Shown: positions 27,501 through 42,499 of the stretch, piece after piece
Numbering within the stretch: position 1 is the first letter of the stretch
Layout of the letters: the number at the start of each line of letters is the position of its first letter
Origin: Seison nebaliae
Lineage: Eukaryota
Length of the DNA: 62,440 nt
Direction: 5' to 3'
Assembly (NCBI GenBank): GCA_023231475.1
Contig: JALJEE010001778.1
Span: 1 to 62,440 of the forward strand
Translations under genes and position numbers: made by a program
The notes under the pieces: model-generated
Seen by the model: only the letters and a program-made list of their open reading frames with translations
What the model was told of the DNA's origin: nothing
The model's database searches: none

Positions 27501-30500
27501 TTCCACGGGTAACTAAAGTAAATTATGTGAAGATTAAGAGAGACAATAGACAATCGTTATCCTTTTCCGACATTTCAATTTCTCATGAGGCCACGTTTGA
27601 CTGAATATTATATAATAGAATTTCCGTCATTTCATTCGTTTCTTACACCAATTCCATATAATGACAACGAAGACAAATGAATGAACCTTGATTACATATT
27701 ACCATTATTTGCCTCTATATTTTTCTCTAATATTATGCTAGTTCCAAGTCCTCAACCTTTGTCTTTTCTCCAGATGTGCGTTTTTATTTTTTTTCCTTTC
27801 AATTTCCATTATTCATTCTGCTTCACATATTAATATCTATTTTCCTGCACTAATACTTCACGTTGCCATAGTCGTAGATCTGAAATTGCTATTCCTTCTT
27901 TTCCGTATTAACAACATGTCAATTACATCATTCGACAATTCTGTTGATTTTATGACTTTTCCCCCCAAAACTTCATGTTCACACAATTTATTTTACTTTG
28001 TGGTAATCGGAAAGAAGATGTGGTTTGTTGAAGATGAAGAACACTTCACAGTGAAGTCTTCACATTTATTAGAAGTTGAATTGGTGTGTTAAAGAACATA
28101 ATAAGTCCGAATAGCCATTGGTGTAAAGTCGGCACTTCATGAGAAAATGTTTTATGGAAATCTTTACTTGTCTTCCCGTATTGTAGCGAGCTTGCTATTT
28201 TATGTATTAGATTTATTTCAAATATTTATCTATCCAATTAATCTCCTTTAATTATTAGATTAATTAGAATGAAAAATTATGTAATCGAATATTTTTATGT
28301 TTCGATTCGAATGTTTCAGTTATGAGGAGAATGGAGTGCATAAAAAAGGCAGTTATATATCCGGTTGATAGAATTTATATGACATTTGTTAATTTTTAAT
28401 CAATTCTTCAAATAAATTCGTCCGTGGGATCGACCTTCGATTGTCCCATGAATATCAGTTTCATTCGAGAATATGGAAACTAAAATGAGGAAATATTAGT
28501 AGGAGTTGCCGAGCAATAGTATTATCAAAATAATGCATGATTGATGAACGTTATCAACAGTTCTAGTTATGGATCATGATTCTCCTTCTGCTTACACGGA
28601 TAATAATTGCAGCTGTTGACATTTAGTGGAATGAAAGAGAAATGAAAAGGAATAGCAACGAACCACAACATTCTGCGGTTGTTTCTCTTATTAACGACAT
28701 AAGAAATTTGTAATGATTAAATACCAAAATAATTTGTGTACGAACGAATTGTAACGAATGATACAATTATTTACTTTCCTTCCTAATTTTTTTAAGATCA
28801 GCCTTGTCTGCTTGTGTCATACACAATGAACGAGTAACAATTTGGAAGGAATTCTTTTCTGCTGTCAGAAACATTAGTTGGTTTTTTTGTAGTTCTAATT
28901 GCAATTACCCTTTTTTCATTCAATTGGATAAATTAATACACTACATTGGAGTCATGGACTGAAGTTGGTGGTGGATGAATTTAAATATATTTCTATTTAT
29001 TACCCCCATTTCACAGTTAGAGAATTTGCAACAGCTGACGATAAATAATAAAAAGGAAAATAGACATCGAATAATTTCCATTTTGATAAATGGTATATTA
29101 AAATTTCTGTTGTTGACGTTCCTATTATCATGTCCACGAAATGATGTCTATTTGGTAGTTGTAGTTAGTTAAGTATAATCCCGATGGTCACTCAATTGAC
29201 ATCACAAACAAACGAATATTATTCATGATTTAACCAGATTTCTCATACAAATTCGATATCGAAATGTTTTAGAAAGAAATACGTATATCGTTCACTAAAC
29301 TTTATCCACGAATTCTCATCATGTGAATTGAGATGAATGGAGACATCTATCTAAATGTTTGATAGAGTAGAAATATAATTTAGAAAGAAATCACTGACCG
29401 CTGGTCACTATCTCATTCTCGCACTACACGATTCATTTCAGATTTCTATCAAAGAAACTCGTTGTTGTATGGGAAAATTAATTCAGTGGGTCGTTAAATT
29501 TTCGTCAAGACAATCAGAGGTGGACTGTAGGAATAGTGTAGAAAATAATTTGTTTATTTTTATCACCTTCTTCAATAATAAAGATGATAAAATTAATTTG
29601 AGAAGATTGATCGAGCCAAAAGAGGTAATTGAGCGAAAAGAATAAGAAAGAAAAGTAATGGAAGTTCGGTGATTCATTTGTGTAATGTATTTGAATTGAT
29701 CAATTCTATAATAATCAATATAAAAGTTGAGGTACACATTTCTTTTCATCTTTCTCCATTCATCTACTATTCTCTACTACTCTACTGCATCATTGGGGGA
29801 TATAATTCGAATGGAAATCTCTTACAGTTCACTCCGACTAAGAAAACAAAATTTACCATCTAATGATAGTCTAGTTACCAATGTGACCATGTATATGTAG
29901 ATATCATTTCCATCCTTATGATAGCACATAATATGGAGTAAAAAAAACACGACAAAGATGTTAGATTGATAAGTCTGTTGTCAACATCTTTCTCAAGTGG
30001 CTAGACTTTTATGTGGTGAAATAACAAGAACTTATATAGTAAATGTATAGTACTATTAATACTACCTCGTACGGGTAGACCAGACCCTCGTAAAATAAAT
30101 ACTTCGACATTTACCTCTTTTTCACATTTCACATTACGTAGTCTTTCTTATCCCTATAAAAAGACAAATGAAAACGGTTCGACTATTTTTTATCTAACAA
30201 GTCGAATGGAAACATATGAAGAAAGTAGATTTGAAGTTGGACATCTTCGATCTGTTGACGTTCGGATATAAAAGTAAATTGAATTATCCTTTACATTACA
30301 TCCATTTACTTTGTCAAGTTTTTATTGCTGAAGGCCGAACGGTGCCAGGTTCTATCTGCTTCATTACTTACATCTTCATTATCTTCATTGTTAAATAATT
30401 TATAATTAAGTTTTATTTGTATCTATCTGTCTATCTATCTCTTTATTTCGATCGATAATGTAATACATCGAGAATAATGTGCAAGAAACTGATAGAAAGG

Positions 30501-30858
30501 TAAGATAATTACTTCCATTTATCAATCCATCTACCCCCCAACATCGATTAAATCAATTGCTTTCTTATTCTTCTCCTTGTTCGACACTTGCTCACATTTT
30601 ATCTGGAAATAATCTTACGAATTAAATGCCTCTCTTCTGACGTTAATTTCTATGACGCATTATCTCTATTATATTTCCATCTTTGTTTTCCATTAAAATT
30701 TTGAAAATCTCCTTAACATTACACGTCAATCTTACGGTAATTCTCTTCAGTCTTTCCATTCTCTAATAATTATTTCATCTTGGTAATTGAACTCTTAGAT
30801 GTTTTGGCTCTCTTGTATGCAATGTTGAATGGATAACTTTTTACTTACGTCCTAAAAC

Positions 30859-32412
30859 ATGAAACAATTCTTCTTCTTATTGGTATTTAGCCTGTCAACT
30901 GGACAGTACATTCACCGACGTAATCTTCGAGAGAGTGATGACATCCGTACAATTATCGTTGAAGAAAATGATAACATTATGCTTCCATGTTACATCAAAA
31001 ACCGTAATAAAGAACTACATGTTTCAAAATTTTAAATTCTTCTTCAATTTCATTCATCTCAACTTTTCAGCTTGTTTGGCAATATTATGACACTTTCAGT
31101 CGACTTCTCCTATTCGAAGACCATCAAAAGATTGATTTAAATGTATTAAAAGAAGAGTCAATAATCAAATTAGGAAATATTAATAAAGAAAAACCGAAAA
31201 TTCTCAAATTTATCGAAGAAGAGATACCTCAAACTTTATCAATCGGTTTACATCAACTCAATCCGGATTTGAGGTTACAAATCGAACAAGACGTACAAAG
31301 AGTTTGACTTATTTCTTCTAACATCTTCTTATTCACTGGGTGGAATTGTAGGAAAAAAGATATACATATTTATCAGAAATGAAAGAAACAGTCACTAATA
31401 ATAATTTACTAAAAAATACAAATCGAACAATAACCACCGAACTCCCAAATGTCAAATATGAAACTTTAGAGAATTGGAGATTGAAAATAAAAAATATAAA
31501 AATTACTGACACTGGAATTTTCATCTGTAAATTAAGTTCCACCAAATCAACCAGAAGAACAATAATAATATTAAAAGTGAAAAGTTTAAATTGCACTTTA
31601 GAATATTTATATTATTGATAATAATTTTATTTAAACTTCTAGGTAATTTTATGAAGGATTTGAAGATGGAAGCAAATCCATATCCAGTCAAACAATTACA
31701 ATGCACGAAGAATTTAGATAAACGAATATTTGATGATATTCTTCTCAATGAAATGATTCAAGCTCATATTCGTCCCAATGTCAATCAACATGAAGCAATA
31801 TCTGTAATTCTTCATTATTTCATTGATTCAATTCAATGGAACATTGATGGAAATAATATGTTCAATCTAAAGAATTTTACCTTAATCTCAAGTTCACTTG
31901 TTAGTGAAATGTTTTCTTCAGACACCAATCTAGCTTGGAGCGAACTCCATTCGACATCAATCCAATATTCCATAACATTGAATGACGAAATGATGAAACA
32001 ATTGAAAATTCAAAAAACTCCGATGCATTTCAAAATTTTAATTTCTATCAACGTTCAAACAAATCGAATAATAACAAAACTTATAATAAAAAGCAAAGAA
32101 ATGTATTATGATATAAGTAATCGTTCAGATAGGAGTAAACAGAAAGGCAACCGAAAATTATCATGTGGCATTGGAAACGATCTCTCCTTCTATATCAATA
32201 CATTACCTAACAGTTCGTTAATTATCAACAAAATGAAACGGAATTTTGACAGAATGCTGAGATACAATCAGTTTCAACGAAAACGACGAATGTATCATCG
32301 TTCCGCTATATCAATGGAATTAGATAACAATCAACTTCCATATCGAAGTATTGGAATTATTTTGTGCCCAAATTTTTTTATAGTCTTTTTTATTTTTCTT
32401 GTTTATCTTTAA
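30859..32412 (+). CDS. Dpr/DIP-like Ig cell-surface protein, paralogue B; introns 31021-31070, 31302-31351, 31584-31642
   Basis: MKQFFFLLVF signal; IMLPCYI..LVWQYYDTF..QTLSIGLHQLNPDLRLQI..NWRLKIKNIKITDTGIFICKLSS; same three intron positions and phases as paralogue A; hydrophobic C-terminus. Confidence 0.75.
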
Positions 32413-32598
32413 TAAATTATTTTGTATATTTTACTCTAACTTTTTATTTTAAAAAAATCTAAAACTTACAAAACTTGTTAGAGAATCATCAATAACTTAA
32501 GAAGAGGTAGATATAAAAAACATTTAACAAGGAACTTTTACTCATAAATTTGAATGAGCCTGTAGGTAGCAAATGGCTATTGTAAGACGATTCTCCAA

Positions 32599-33171
32599 AT
32601 GAAACATTTAATTTTCCTTTTTCTTTTCTTTTTCTTTGTCCACGGCCATTCTCCACTATCAAGTAAGTTCTATACTTTTTTATGATTCCCTTCCATTATT
32701 ATTAATTTTTGACGATTTTTTACGAACCATTGAACAAATGGGAAATAAACATTCAGTACATGTAAAATAATATTATAGCATATAATTAGATTAATAATTT
32801 CTTTAATCTAAAATGTTATTGTTATAGCTAAACAATTTAATAGGAACTTCTTTAAAATATCTTATCGATTTGATCATGTTTAATTATTTAATTCAATTAT
32901 CTTCTTAGGATTACAGAAAAATCGTTCTAAAAGACATATGGGTTCTGTACTATCGGGACTTAGTGTTGCCAGAGATGCTATGGGATTACTAACGGAGAAA
33001 GGCGACGACGATTATGGTTCAAAATTTTCTTCTTTTACGAAACTATATTTATAAAAAAAATCTAAAGGAGCTGCCATTTCTGACAATGCTAAACCGGAAC
33101 GTATCAATATAGTTATAGCACCCAGGATTCATCAAAGAGGCGAACGTAAACATACATATCAATATAAGTAA
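32599..33171 (+). CDS. Putative small (~91 aa) secreted peptide precursor; introns 32663-32908 and 33017-33067 (model uncertain)
   Basis: Signal peptide MKHLIFLFLFFFFVHG, then RLQKNRSKR/HMGSVLSGLSVARDAMGLL...; not in the ORF track. Confidence 0.4.
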
Positions 33172-33371
33172 ATTAATTCACTCTTTTATTCTGCTTATAA
33201 TTTTTGATATGAATTATAATACTTTATTATAAATTTACGATTTTATGAAGAACGAATTGTTTCTTTAATAAATGAAATCATATTAAAATTATCATTCAAA
33301 AAAAATAACGAAAATAAAGAAATTCGATAAGTAATCCTAAATCTAATAATCTATTAATTTAGCGTCGATTT

Positions 33372-36300
33372 TTATTCGTTTTGATTAATGTCAATCTCTA
33401 TATCAAGAGCAATCGCTTCTTCAATATATTTTGTGAAATTTTGATCCAGAAACCCCAGCGCTAATTCTCCATTTTTGTCTAGTAAATTCCAATACCATGT
33501 TATTAGTTTAATATTATCTGAAATATTTGAGAATAATTAAATTAAATTAAATCTAAAAATCTAACGTTCGATAAATTTCTTATTCGTTACACTAGTTCTT
33601 TGTAAAACAGTAATAATCATATTGATTATTTCTAGAATAATTTTATCGTTCAATCGATTTTTCATAGATGTGCTCAAAATATGCAGCAATGGATAATAAT
33701 TGAAATTGTTGAAAATTTCTTTTAAGAAACTTTTCTTCGATTTTTCTTTTATCCAAATTTCTTTATATATATCGGTTGAAAGTGGTGAAATAAGTTGGTA
33801 TGATTTAAACGACAAAGAACTTAATTGTTGTGCAATTGTAGAAATTTGATCATCTGTTAAATTTTCAAGTTGTCCATTTAAACATTCATCGAAATATTTG
33901 AGAGTAATTGATGAAATTTTGTCATTTTTTTTCAATTCAAGAAAAATCAATTTTATTATCAGTTGTAACTTCTCATAGTTCTCTTTGACTTGATGGAAAT
34001 GTAGAACGATAATTGTGATCAATAGATAAATATCCGAAGTATATTGTCCTTCTGGTGTTGGATCAACGGAAAGACTTTAAAAGAATGATTAATAATTACG
34101 TATCGAAAAATTTTAAAAAAACATTATATCTAAAGATAGTTTACATAAATCTAAATGAATTTCTTCCAACATTGGAAAGTTTGTGCTGACAATTCTAATA
34201 TATTCCACTTGATCTTTCACATCTTTCAAATATGGAATTCGATAAAGAACCGTTTGAATTAGAATTTCAGATTTTGTTTTCGTTTCGAAAATATTCGGAT
34301 CGTTAATATCGGTCGAATAGAAATGATTGAAATAATTTAATTTTAAGAGATAATCGATCTCAATTTTTATATTTTCTTCTACAAACTGAAACTTTGTTGA
34401 ATATTGAAGAAGTTCTGTGGCTAAAATTGAAGAATGATGTTCGAAATTTATCGATTGAATTAAAGGAATTAATTTATCATAATTCATAGGGTGATAATTA
34501 ATATTGCCCTTCTTCTTCCACAAATTACAGATATTTCGGATGATTTGTTGATAATATTTTAATTTAATATCAGTTATTGATTGTTCTTCAATTTCTTCAA
34601 ATTTCTTTGTTGCCAATGTTTTTATAATATCACCAATTAATGCATTTACTTGATTTTTCTAAAAAGATTAAAAACGACTTTAATTGAAATTCTAAGAGTA
34701 ATTCTTACCTGAAAATAAAATAATGTCACTTGGATCCACATGGAGCAATTCTCCAAATAATTATCGATATTCTCTAACCGTCTAATCAATTTCCAAATTC
34801 GGTTTAATATTTTCAAAGTAATTTTCATTGAACTATTTGAATTATTCAACTTTTCATCGACCAGCATTTCTCCAAATTTTAATAGTAATTGATAAATTTT
34901 GATTGTTTTCACATCTAATGATGATATCTCTTCTACAATTAATGGCGAATTACATATTAACCATTCGTATGACAATATTGGCAGGATGTGATATAATATA
35001 ATTCCATAAAACAACGAAGAAGATTGTGGTAATAAAGAAAAATATTCGAGAGATTTCTCATCTGAAATCATTTCAGGATTGACCCTCATTCTGATGGAAA
35101 TGAAATCACATAATAATTGTAATGGTAAATGAAATAGTTGAATATAATTCGAATACCAATCGAATGATACGAAATCCTTTTCCGTTGCAATTTTCTCATT
35201 CTTACTATCGATCGATTGATCTTCTAATTGAATTAGATGTCTGCATAAACTTAATCGATTTTTATTTAACGATTCTAGTAAAATGAAAATATCTGAGAGA
35301 TATTTCTCCAAAAAACCATTCTCCACAACTACATCCCAAACTTTCAATTCCAAAATTTGTTTCATAATGTAACAGCGACAATAAATCGAAGCGATAGGAT
35401 CACTTATTCCTCGACACATATTCATCAGTCGATTAAAAGAGAATTTCAATAATCTATTTTGAAATAAGTTTAAAAAATTGTTTAGCTCAACAACTCCACA
35501 AAAATTCCAACTTTTTATCATTCGAATAAATCAATAAATGGAATGTTGCTGCTTCCAAATATGTTCGAGGAACTAATTCTCTAATCACACGAATTTTTTC
35601 AAACCAATTATCCACCACAAATCTTGTAGCGTTATCCAGGAGAAAATTCTCCTGCATCTTTTCTAAACATATTTGGAAACTGTTTAAGAGGAAATGTTAA
35701 AATTCTAACCATAGTTTAATTTATCTTTTGAAAACTGGAAATTTATATCACGTTTCAATTCAATTCGTTCAAATAACAAATCTCGAAATTTATCCAATAC
35801 ATCAGTTATTAATATGAATTTATATGGGAAAAATTTTATGGCTTTCGATGTTGACAGATGTTTGAGTAACTGAAGTATTTAATATAATCATTTCGGTCTT
35901 TATTATTTTAAAAGGAACTTGAATTATCATTCTTAAAGATAAGACACTATCGTTCTTCGACCAAGCAATCTCTAATTCTTTCTCTTTCATTGTAATGTTC
36001 TTCACATATTTATTTTCTACTTTACTTTCCGTTTTTGAAGATTCATCTGTCAGATTTGTTGAATCCTTTTCAATTATTATTATTATTAATTTTTATTAAA
36101 TATATCAATGAGTTCCATATATTAACTTCGTTTTCTGAAAATAATCAATTCTTTATAATAAAAAAGGAAAATTGAAAAGAACCATCTAAACAGTTCCCTT
36201 CATTGATTGAAAATTTAAGAAGAATTTGTTGCCTTCGAATTTTCCATTCTGTGACATCTTGAACAATATTCTTTAATTCATCATCATTTGTTAATCTATT

Positions 36301-36547
36301 GAAATCGTTTAATGGATCCATAATCCTAGGTGGAAGCACTGTCGGGTGGGGAAGAATGGCATTTTTTCCATCCACCTTTAAAAATAATTTTGGAAAATTA
36401 GGTTTATTCAATTTCTTTAAATTTTCGTCATATCCAGCAATTTCATTTGTACAATTTCTTTTCTTACTTTAAAGTGAAAATTACAAGAACGGTATTGTTC
36501 AAAAAAGAAAGTACGAACATCCTCATTTTTCTAAAGTTTTCATTCAT
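33372..36547 (-). CDS. VPS35L: VPS35L (C16orf62; Retriever complex subunit), ~10 exons; introns 36467-36518, 36135-36182, 36066-36126, 35870-35918, 35663-35709, 35454-35511, 34659-34708, 34075-34122, 33518-33565
   Basis: AWSKNDSVLSLRMIIQ..KFFPYKFILITDVLDKF..NWFEKIRVIRELVPRTYLEA..RLMNMCRGISDPIASIYCRCY match VPS35L motifs; 2715-nt CDS in frame. Confidence 0.85.
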
Positions 36548-36714
36548 TTAACAAATTTGAAAAAATATTTTATTTGCCTTTGAATAAACAAACTATTCGA
36601 ATGATTCCTTAAATAAACGAAATCCAAATTAATTTAAATTAATATATTTAGTGACGGAAATGAATGAAGTGGCTAATCTAAATATTGGAATAGATGATAA
36701 ATTATTCGTTCTAT

Positions 36715-37472
36715 TTAAGAAGTAACTGCTGCAGTTATAATATAAACGAATAATAAATTATGTTTATCATAATTATCCCGATAAAAGATATCATAAGTTT
36801 TACAAATCAATTTATCTTTTCTTGTGATTTTGTAATTTTTTCCCGGTAATGGAGAATGAATTGAAAATAAAACGCAGCTCTCATTTTGTGAACATTCGGT
36901 GGCACAATTGTAGAATGTTTGGAAAGAAGCATTCTGATTCTGAACCATTTGATCAAATTGTCCTACAAGAATTTGAAATGCATTCAAAAAAACAATATTC
37001 ATGAATATTAACCGTTAAATATTTTCCGTTGTTCACACAAATTGTTACATATTATTCTACTCGATGTTCGATCATTGTTAAATTTCAGATAACAATCAAA
37101 TTTTTCCACTAATGTTTGCTCCAACCACAAATATTTTTTATGAATAATATTTAAAAAATTATTCAAATGAATACGCATATCCATTCTATAAGAATTCTCC
37201 CCTGTATGGGCGTGACAAAAGTTGTTGTAATCAATTGAACTGCGCAATATTTTCCCAGTTTTATTCAATCGTTCTATTAACCGACTCCAATCAAGTTGGG
37301 TAAAGCGGGCGGTTTTCTTCTTATTCTCTTTGCAATGCATATTCTTCGTTGTGTAAATTATTAGTGTTCTACCTCTTCTAATTTTTATTTCATTTTCATT
37401 CTTTGAACAACTCAAACATAACATCATTGATATCAATATAATGGAACAAGCTCCAACAATATATTCTTTCAT
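36715..37472 (-). CDS. Secreted Cys-rich protein with a C-terminal PAN/apple-like domain; intron 36963-37012
   Basis: Signal peptide; the two ORFs are joined by a 50-nt GTT..TAG intron; CATECSQNESCVLFS...C spacing is typical of PAN domains. Confidence 0.55.
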
Positions 37473-38391
37473 ATTCTTTTCTAATTTCTCCTTAAAGCAA
37501 TTTCTCTATTACTTTTTCGTCTTTTTTTCTAAAACGACATACAACTCTTATTCTAAATTTAATATTCGATCAATATATCGATTTTATTATGTAATGTTCA
37601 TTTCCTATATTTCTTTCATATATTATGGATCAAGAATGCAATTACCATCGTTCCTTGTAAATTAACTACCTTCTTGCAGGCATTTTTTTTAGAATTCATT
37701 CGAAAATGTTGGATTAAACACATTTTAATTTATCAATTTATTCATAAGTTATAATTGAATAATGGAAGACTAAAATAACTGAGCAAAAACAACTAAAATC
37801 TGGTAGAACGTCGTAGCTATAATTTTCGTCATTTAATTCAAACTAAAAACATGACAGTTGTCAATAGAAGCAATCCTGAATAAATATATTTCATAACAAC
37901 AACTTGTTAGTTATAAATAATATACACTCATCATTACTCATAATCTTATCGTGATTTAATAAATAATATTCATTTAATGTTTCAATTAGTAATTAGAATT
38001 CACGTATATCAACATATCAAATTCTAGATTAGGACCAACTGTTAAAAAACTGTGGAAAACTTCATACTGATCTTGTCTAATAAGAATTGTTTATCAATAA
38101 ATAACTTCATGCTAACTTCATGTTAACATATTTTAATTTATATACTAACAACTTATACTTATATATTACAACTTTAACTCTAACTGTAAATGAATCAAAC
38201 AATTCAAGTTAAAAATATTTTAATTCAATAATCAATTTCAATAAAATGATAAAACAACTTTTTTCTGAGAAGAAGAAAGATTACTCATTATTCTGAAGCC
38301 GTATGAAAAGTTCTACAAAATAATTGCATCTTATCGATTTTTTGAATAGTTCACTTAAAATGACATTGTTATTCGTGGACGTGGACAGAAA

Positions 38392-38657
38392 TGACTCAGT
38401 TTTTACAACTTTGGATTAACAAAGATGACTCATTTTTTGTATGTTTCTTAAGAAACAGATTTAAGTGCCTTTAATTCGAAAAGAGAAACTGTGTAAATGA
38501 GGAAGCGAAGACGATGGAGAAAGAAAATGTCAAAATTTTTATCAACGAAATTAAACTTTGTTTCTGATAAAAATTTTCTTTGTTGATGAGAAAATTTATC
38601 CCTTTGGTAAAAGACAAACATCATTTTCAGTTCACGTGATGTGAAAGATTTATAAAT
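38392..38657 (+). promoter_or_regulatory. Cathepsin D promoter: two AP-1 sites, CLEAR/E-box and TATA
   Basis: TGACTCA at 38392-38398 and 38426-38432; TCACGTGA at 38632-38639; TATAAAT at 38651-38657; ATG at 38739. Confidence 0.55.
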
Positions 38658-38659
38658 GA

Positions 38660-40218
<1,559 letters not shown>

Positions 40219-42499
40219 GAATGGAAATCTTTTAATAGTAGTATTCGAAAAGTCTTTAGAATTATAGTGCAAATTTATTTATAGAAATAAATGTTTGAAT
40301 TCCATTCTAAATTTATTCATTTTTCTAATTTTTTTATATTATTATTTCATTTCTGCTAATTTGTTGAATAAAATCTATCTATATTTGTCGTATAAACTAT
40401 TCTAACATAATAAATTGAATTTATGAAACATAAATTATTCTGTGAAATTAAAGAAGTTTTATTAATAAATTGTTGTATTAAGAATATTAACTTTAGAAAT
40501 GTAGGATGGAGATTTGTCTGATTATATAATAAATTTGTATTGAAAATAAGAATCAGTTTAAAAAATTGTATGTTTAAATAAAAATACTTTTAAAAAATGA
40601 CGATGAGGTGAGATTTCTTGATGGTGAGAGATAGAAGATATTTCATTAGATATATTGTTACGTGCTGTAATATGGCAATAGATCAGATTAATTCCAATAT
40701 TTAACTGGAATTAATCAGCAATAGACAACAGCTCGGTAATAATACATCTCTGAAATAAGTTCAGATGTGGAGGAGTGACGAAATGGAAAAAACGAGAATT
40801 GAAAATGAGGAATGGATAAATCAGTTAAAGAATGGAATTACACTCCTGTATAAATACGTTCACATTTTCCCCTCGTTCACTTTATACGATTATCGCCTAA
40901 TGGTATATGACTGTGAGTGATGCGAGAGAAGCAAACGATTATTGTTACTAATGACAACATCGATTGAAGTTCAATCAAATAGTTTAAGGTTCGAATACGA
41001 TTAGTTATTTTTTCGAGAGAATCATGTAAATAACATAAATGAAATGAAAAGATTCCTTATATGTTTCCTTCTTTTCCTCTCGTGAAGTTTAACAGAAATA
41101 TTCTTTTACGAATCGAGTTATATGAATTTCTTTCTTCTTTCCCAAACTCGTCCAACTATAATAAATACCAATATTAATCGATGAAAACTTTCCTTCATTC
41201 CACTACACATTTCTATCGTTATTCTTGTTGTTGCTGTTGTTGTTACAATTGTGCTTCAAATAAAATAAATCTGCTTATGTCTTCCATATTCCCACAAAAC
41301 TTGCAACAATTTTGCATAATCTTTCTCTGTATCCATGCGAAATTCGATCACTCCTACCTGAAAAATGGCAAGAAGAATTTCGAAGAGAATTCCAACAAAA
41401 TATTGATTTTTCTCATTTAAAAAAATTCGATAGGAAAATTGGACTGGTTTCTTTTTTTGAAGAAAGAAATGAATAAAAAAAGAAAACTAAGAAAAGTAAG
41501 GTGAATTATTGAGAATTTATATGAATTCTAATTGAAAGAAATATTAATATAAATTGTCGAGGAGAATGATTGAGCTAAATAGTAATTGTATTAACAAAAA
41601 GAAAACTCTTGAAACTAATTCAAGAAGCCGTAGGCAACACTTGGAACCTGAAACGAAAACGTTCATAACAAAAACAGAATAAGCGACATTCGTCAAAAAA
41701 GAACTTTATTCTCTTTTATATGTTCAACAATTTGCGATCTACTGGAAGCTAAATAATTCTTTCTACTAAAGTTTCTTCTACTTTCCTTATAATTATTCGT
41801 TGCTCTTGTAACAATTATTGTTTCTTCTTTACACTCCAATTCATTGTTTCTATAACGACAATTATTTGAAGCGAATCGATTTATTATCGAAGGAAATATG
41901 GATGAAATTTTAATTTCTTTCATTTTTACCTAGTAGCAAATATTGTTCTCCTGATACTATTGATTGCATATATTTCCCTATCCAACCTATTCACACACTT
42001 TCATTATGAAGTCGTTTCATACATTTCTTTTCATATATCTTTCTATTCTCTTCTCGTTGCGTATATCGGCATATCGATATATTTATTCTCCTATTCGCTT
42101 GCGTCTCCTCAACTTTGGTACAACATTTACAAATTGAAAAATAACTGAAACACACTTTGTGTAATGATTCTCGGATAAAAAACTCTTGTTAATGTTTTTT
42201 TTTAATTGTTAGCATGTTCATTTGACTAAAAACTACCTATCATTACCTCCAAAACTTTCAATTGAAAGAATCCGTTTATTCTGAATAGAACCAGATCCTT
42301 AAGATGAAATCAACGATTGTCAATAATTATTTAGATTTCATCCAATTGAAATATAAAATTTGGTACTTTGATAAAATATGATAGATAAATATTCGTATAA
42401 AATAAAACAAACTTATACCACTTAAACAGAATATTATAATTTCAAATAATTTACTAAACTTTTCTTTATTAATTTTGTACTCTAAAATTATTGTGCAAC

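Noticed and set aside
25013..30398. Numerous 60-90-aa ORFs in the intergenic block
   Set aside because: Composition (F/I/L/K/N-rich) is what AT-rich non-coding DNA gives by chance; no motifs or consistent exon chains.
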